A stretch of DNA of 64,000 nt from Monocercomonoides exilis PA203 (lineage: Eukaryota; Protista; Preaxostyla). The translations under genes were made by a program, and so were the position numbers. The stretch spans positions 186,001 to 250,000 of the forward strand of contig LSRY02000012.1 in NCBI GenBank assembly GCA_001643675.2, written 5' to 3'. The notes under the pieces are model-generated. The model worked only from the letters and a program-made list of their open reading frames with translations. It was not told the DNA's origin and ran no database searches. Position 1 is the stretch's first letter, and each line of letters opens with the position of its first letter. Of the stretch, positions 62,937-64,000 are shown one piece after another.

Positions 62937-64000
62937 TCATGTTTCTACATCTTTTGAATAGAAACTTTCAATAAACCTGCTTCTCTCCTCCGAATCTGAG
63001 AAAACCTTCAGCGTATCTTCACTTCCATTCCCCGAAGCCAAAGTTAGTCTTCTTCGCCCAGTCTCCATCTCCATCAGGCTGCTCCGCTTCCACTTCCCTT
63101 TATCGCCGCATTTCGAACAAGGAAATGGCGGAATGGGAAACAACACCACTGCCACTGTCTTCTGGCAGCCGGTGCATGTGAAGAAGCGGCGCTTTGTTGA
63201 AATGAGCGAAAGATGATGAAGCGAATCGTGCTTCCCCTTTGAGCACAGAGGTTTCGCTGCACACGAAGAAGTTTTGACTTTCTGCTTCGTTTCCAGTGTT
63301 GGTACTGAAGTGACATACACATCATCGTCTGTCTGTGACGCAAGTGAAGACTTGTCCTCTTTGATTTCTTTAATGAGAGTGCCAAATTTGGATGAAAATC
63401 TCGAACTAGTTGTCTCATTCTCAGACACATTTGAAGCAGATTTTGAATCAGACTGTGCATTTTTATTGTTATATTCCCGTTTTGGGTATGTATACAGATC
63501 CTTTTTGTTGATGAAAATGCCCTGCTCCCTCAACCTTGTGATCTCCTCTTCATTCTTCTTTTCGCAATACCCCGTTTTCTTCTCTCGGGAGACAAGGCCA
63601 CACACACTGCACCACCACACCATCACCTTCATCTCTGTCACTTCTGCTTTCTTCAGCAGCATCCGCTCCTCCTTTTCCATCTCGTCCCACTTCGCATTCT
63701 CTCTTCGCTCTTCTTCAATCTCTATCGCTTCAAACATCTTCTGCAAATAGGGGTCTTTAAGAAGTGTCGGATCAGACAAAAAGGCTGCATTTCCAGCAAG
63801 CATACCAATTCCCCCATCTGAATTGTCACTTCCAGTACTCATTTTCTCTTCAAACTCTTTGAATTCCTCTTCTTCCTTTTCTGCTTCTTCAACAAGTCTT
63901 TGGATGATCGCTTTTGTTTCCTCGCTCATTCGTTCACTTTCCGACACGATTGGCAAGTTGAAATGACTCTTTTCAATTTTCTCCTTTTCTTTTGCTTCTT
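62937..64000 (-). CDS. MCM10: Mcm10-like replication factor, C-terminal zinc-binding domain (partial; 5' end beyond window)
   Basis: WDEMEKEERM...VTEMKVMVWWCSVC...C...H...KRRFFTCTGC...PPFPCSKCG..KWKRSSLMEMETG...EDTLKVFSDSEE parallels the metazoan Mcm10 CTD (E-K-M..EVKC.VVTCKTC...H...KRFFKCPCG...P...CSNCG..KWER..MLKEKTG...ETL..RGEE), recalled from memory. Confidence 0.75.
   Translation of the reverse strand, partial: EAKEKEKIEKSHFNLPIVSESERMSEETKAIIQRLVEEAEKEEEEFKEFEEKMSTGSDNSDGGIGMLAGNAAFLSDPTLLKDPYLQKMFEAIEIEEERRENAKWDEMEKEERMLLKKAEVTEMKVMVWWCSVCGLVSREKKTGYCEKKNEEEITRLREQGIFINKKDLYTYPKREYNNKNAQSDSKSASNVSENETTSSRFSSKFGTLIKEIKEDKSSLASQTDDDVYVTSVPTLETKQKVKTSSCAAKPLCSKGKHDSLHHLSLISTKRRFFTCTGCQKTVAVVLFPIPPFPCSKCGDKGKWKRSSLMEMETGRRRLTLASGNGSEDTLKVFSDSEERSRFIESFYSKDVET

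Overview
Eukaryotic genomic DNA, with short AT-rich spliceosomal introns, the standard genetic code and poly-Ser-rich proteins. The style suggests a metamonad/oxymonad protist such as Monocercomonoides (inference only). Genes in order: the 5' ~3,580 codons of a DNAH6-like axonemal dynein heavy chain (minus strand, runs off the left edge, missed by the ORF track); a charged coiled-coil protein; an intronless protein made of ~21 Trp/Met-rich 30-aa repeats; UTP13/TBL3; a ~3,200-aa poly-Ser protein; a BCAS3/ATG18-like propeller; a MYST acetyltransferase; SSU72; CSN7; an alpha/beta hydrolase; a large coiled-coil protein; and the 3' end of an Mcm10-like gene. Two non-coding regions stand out. (i) 16.6-20.1 kb is a nested cluster of at least three MITE families, with TA, TATA/TA and 4-bp ANNT target-site duplications. 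(ii) A 1.8-kb palindrome has 900-bp apparently identical arms and a 14-nt spacer; it sits inside an older, diverged inverted repeat whose left arm carries a Merlin-like MITE with an 8-bp TSD. Exon models and family assignments were read by eye; no alignments or database searches were run.
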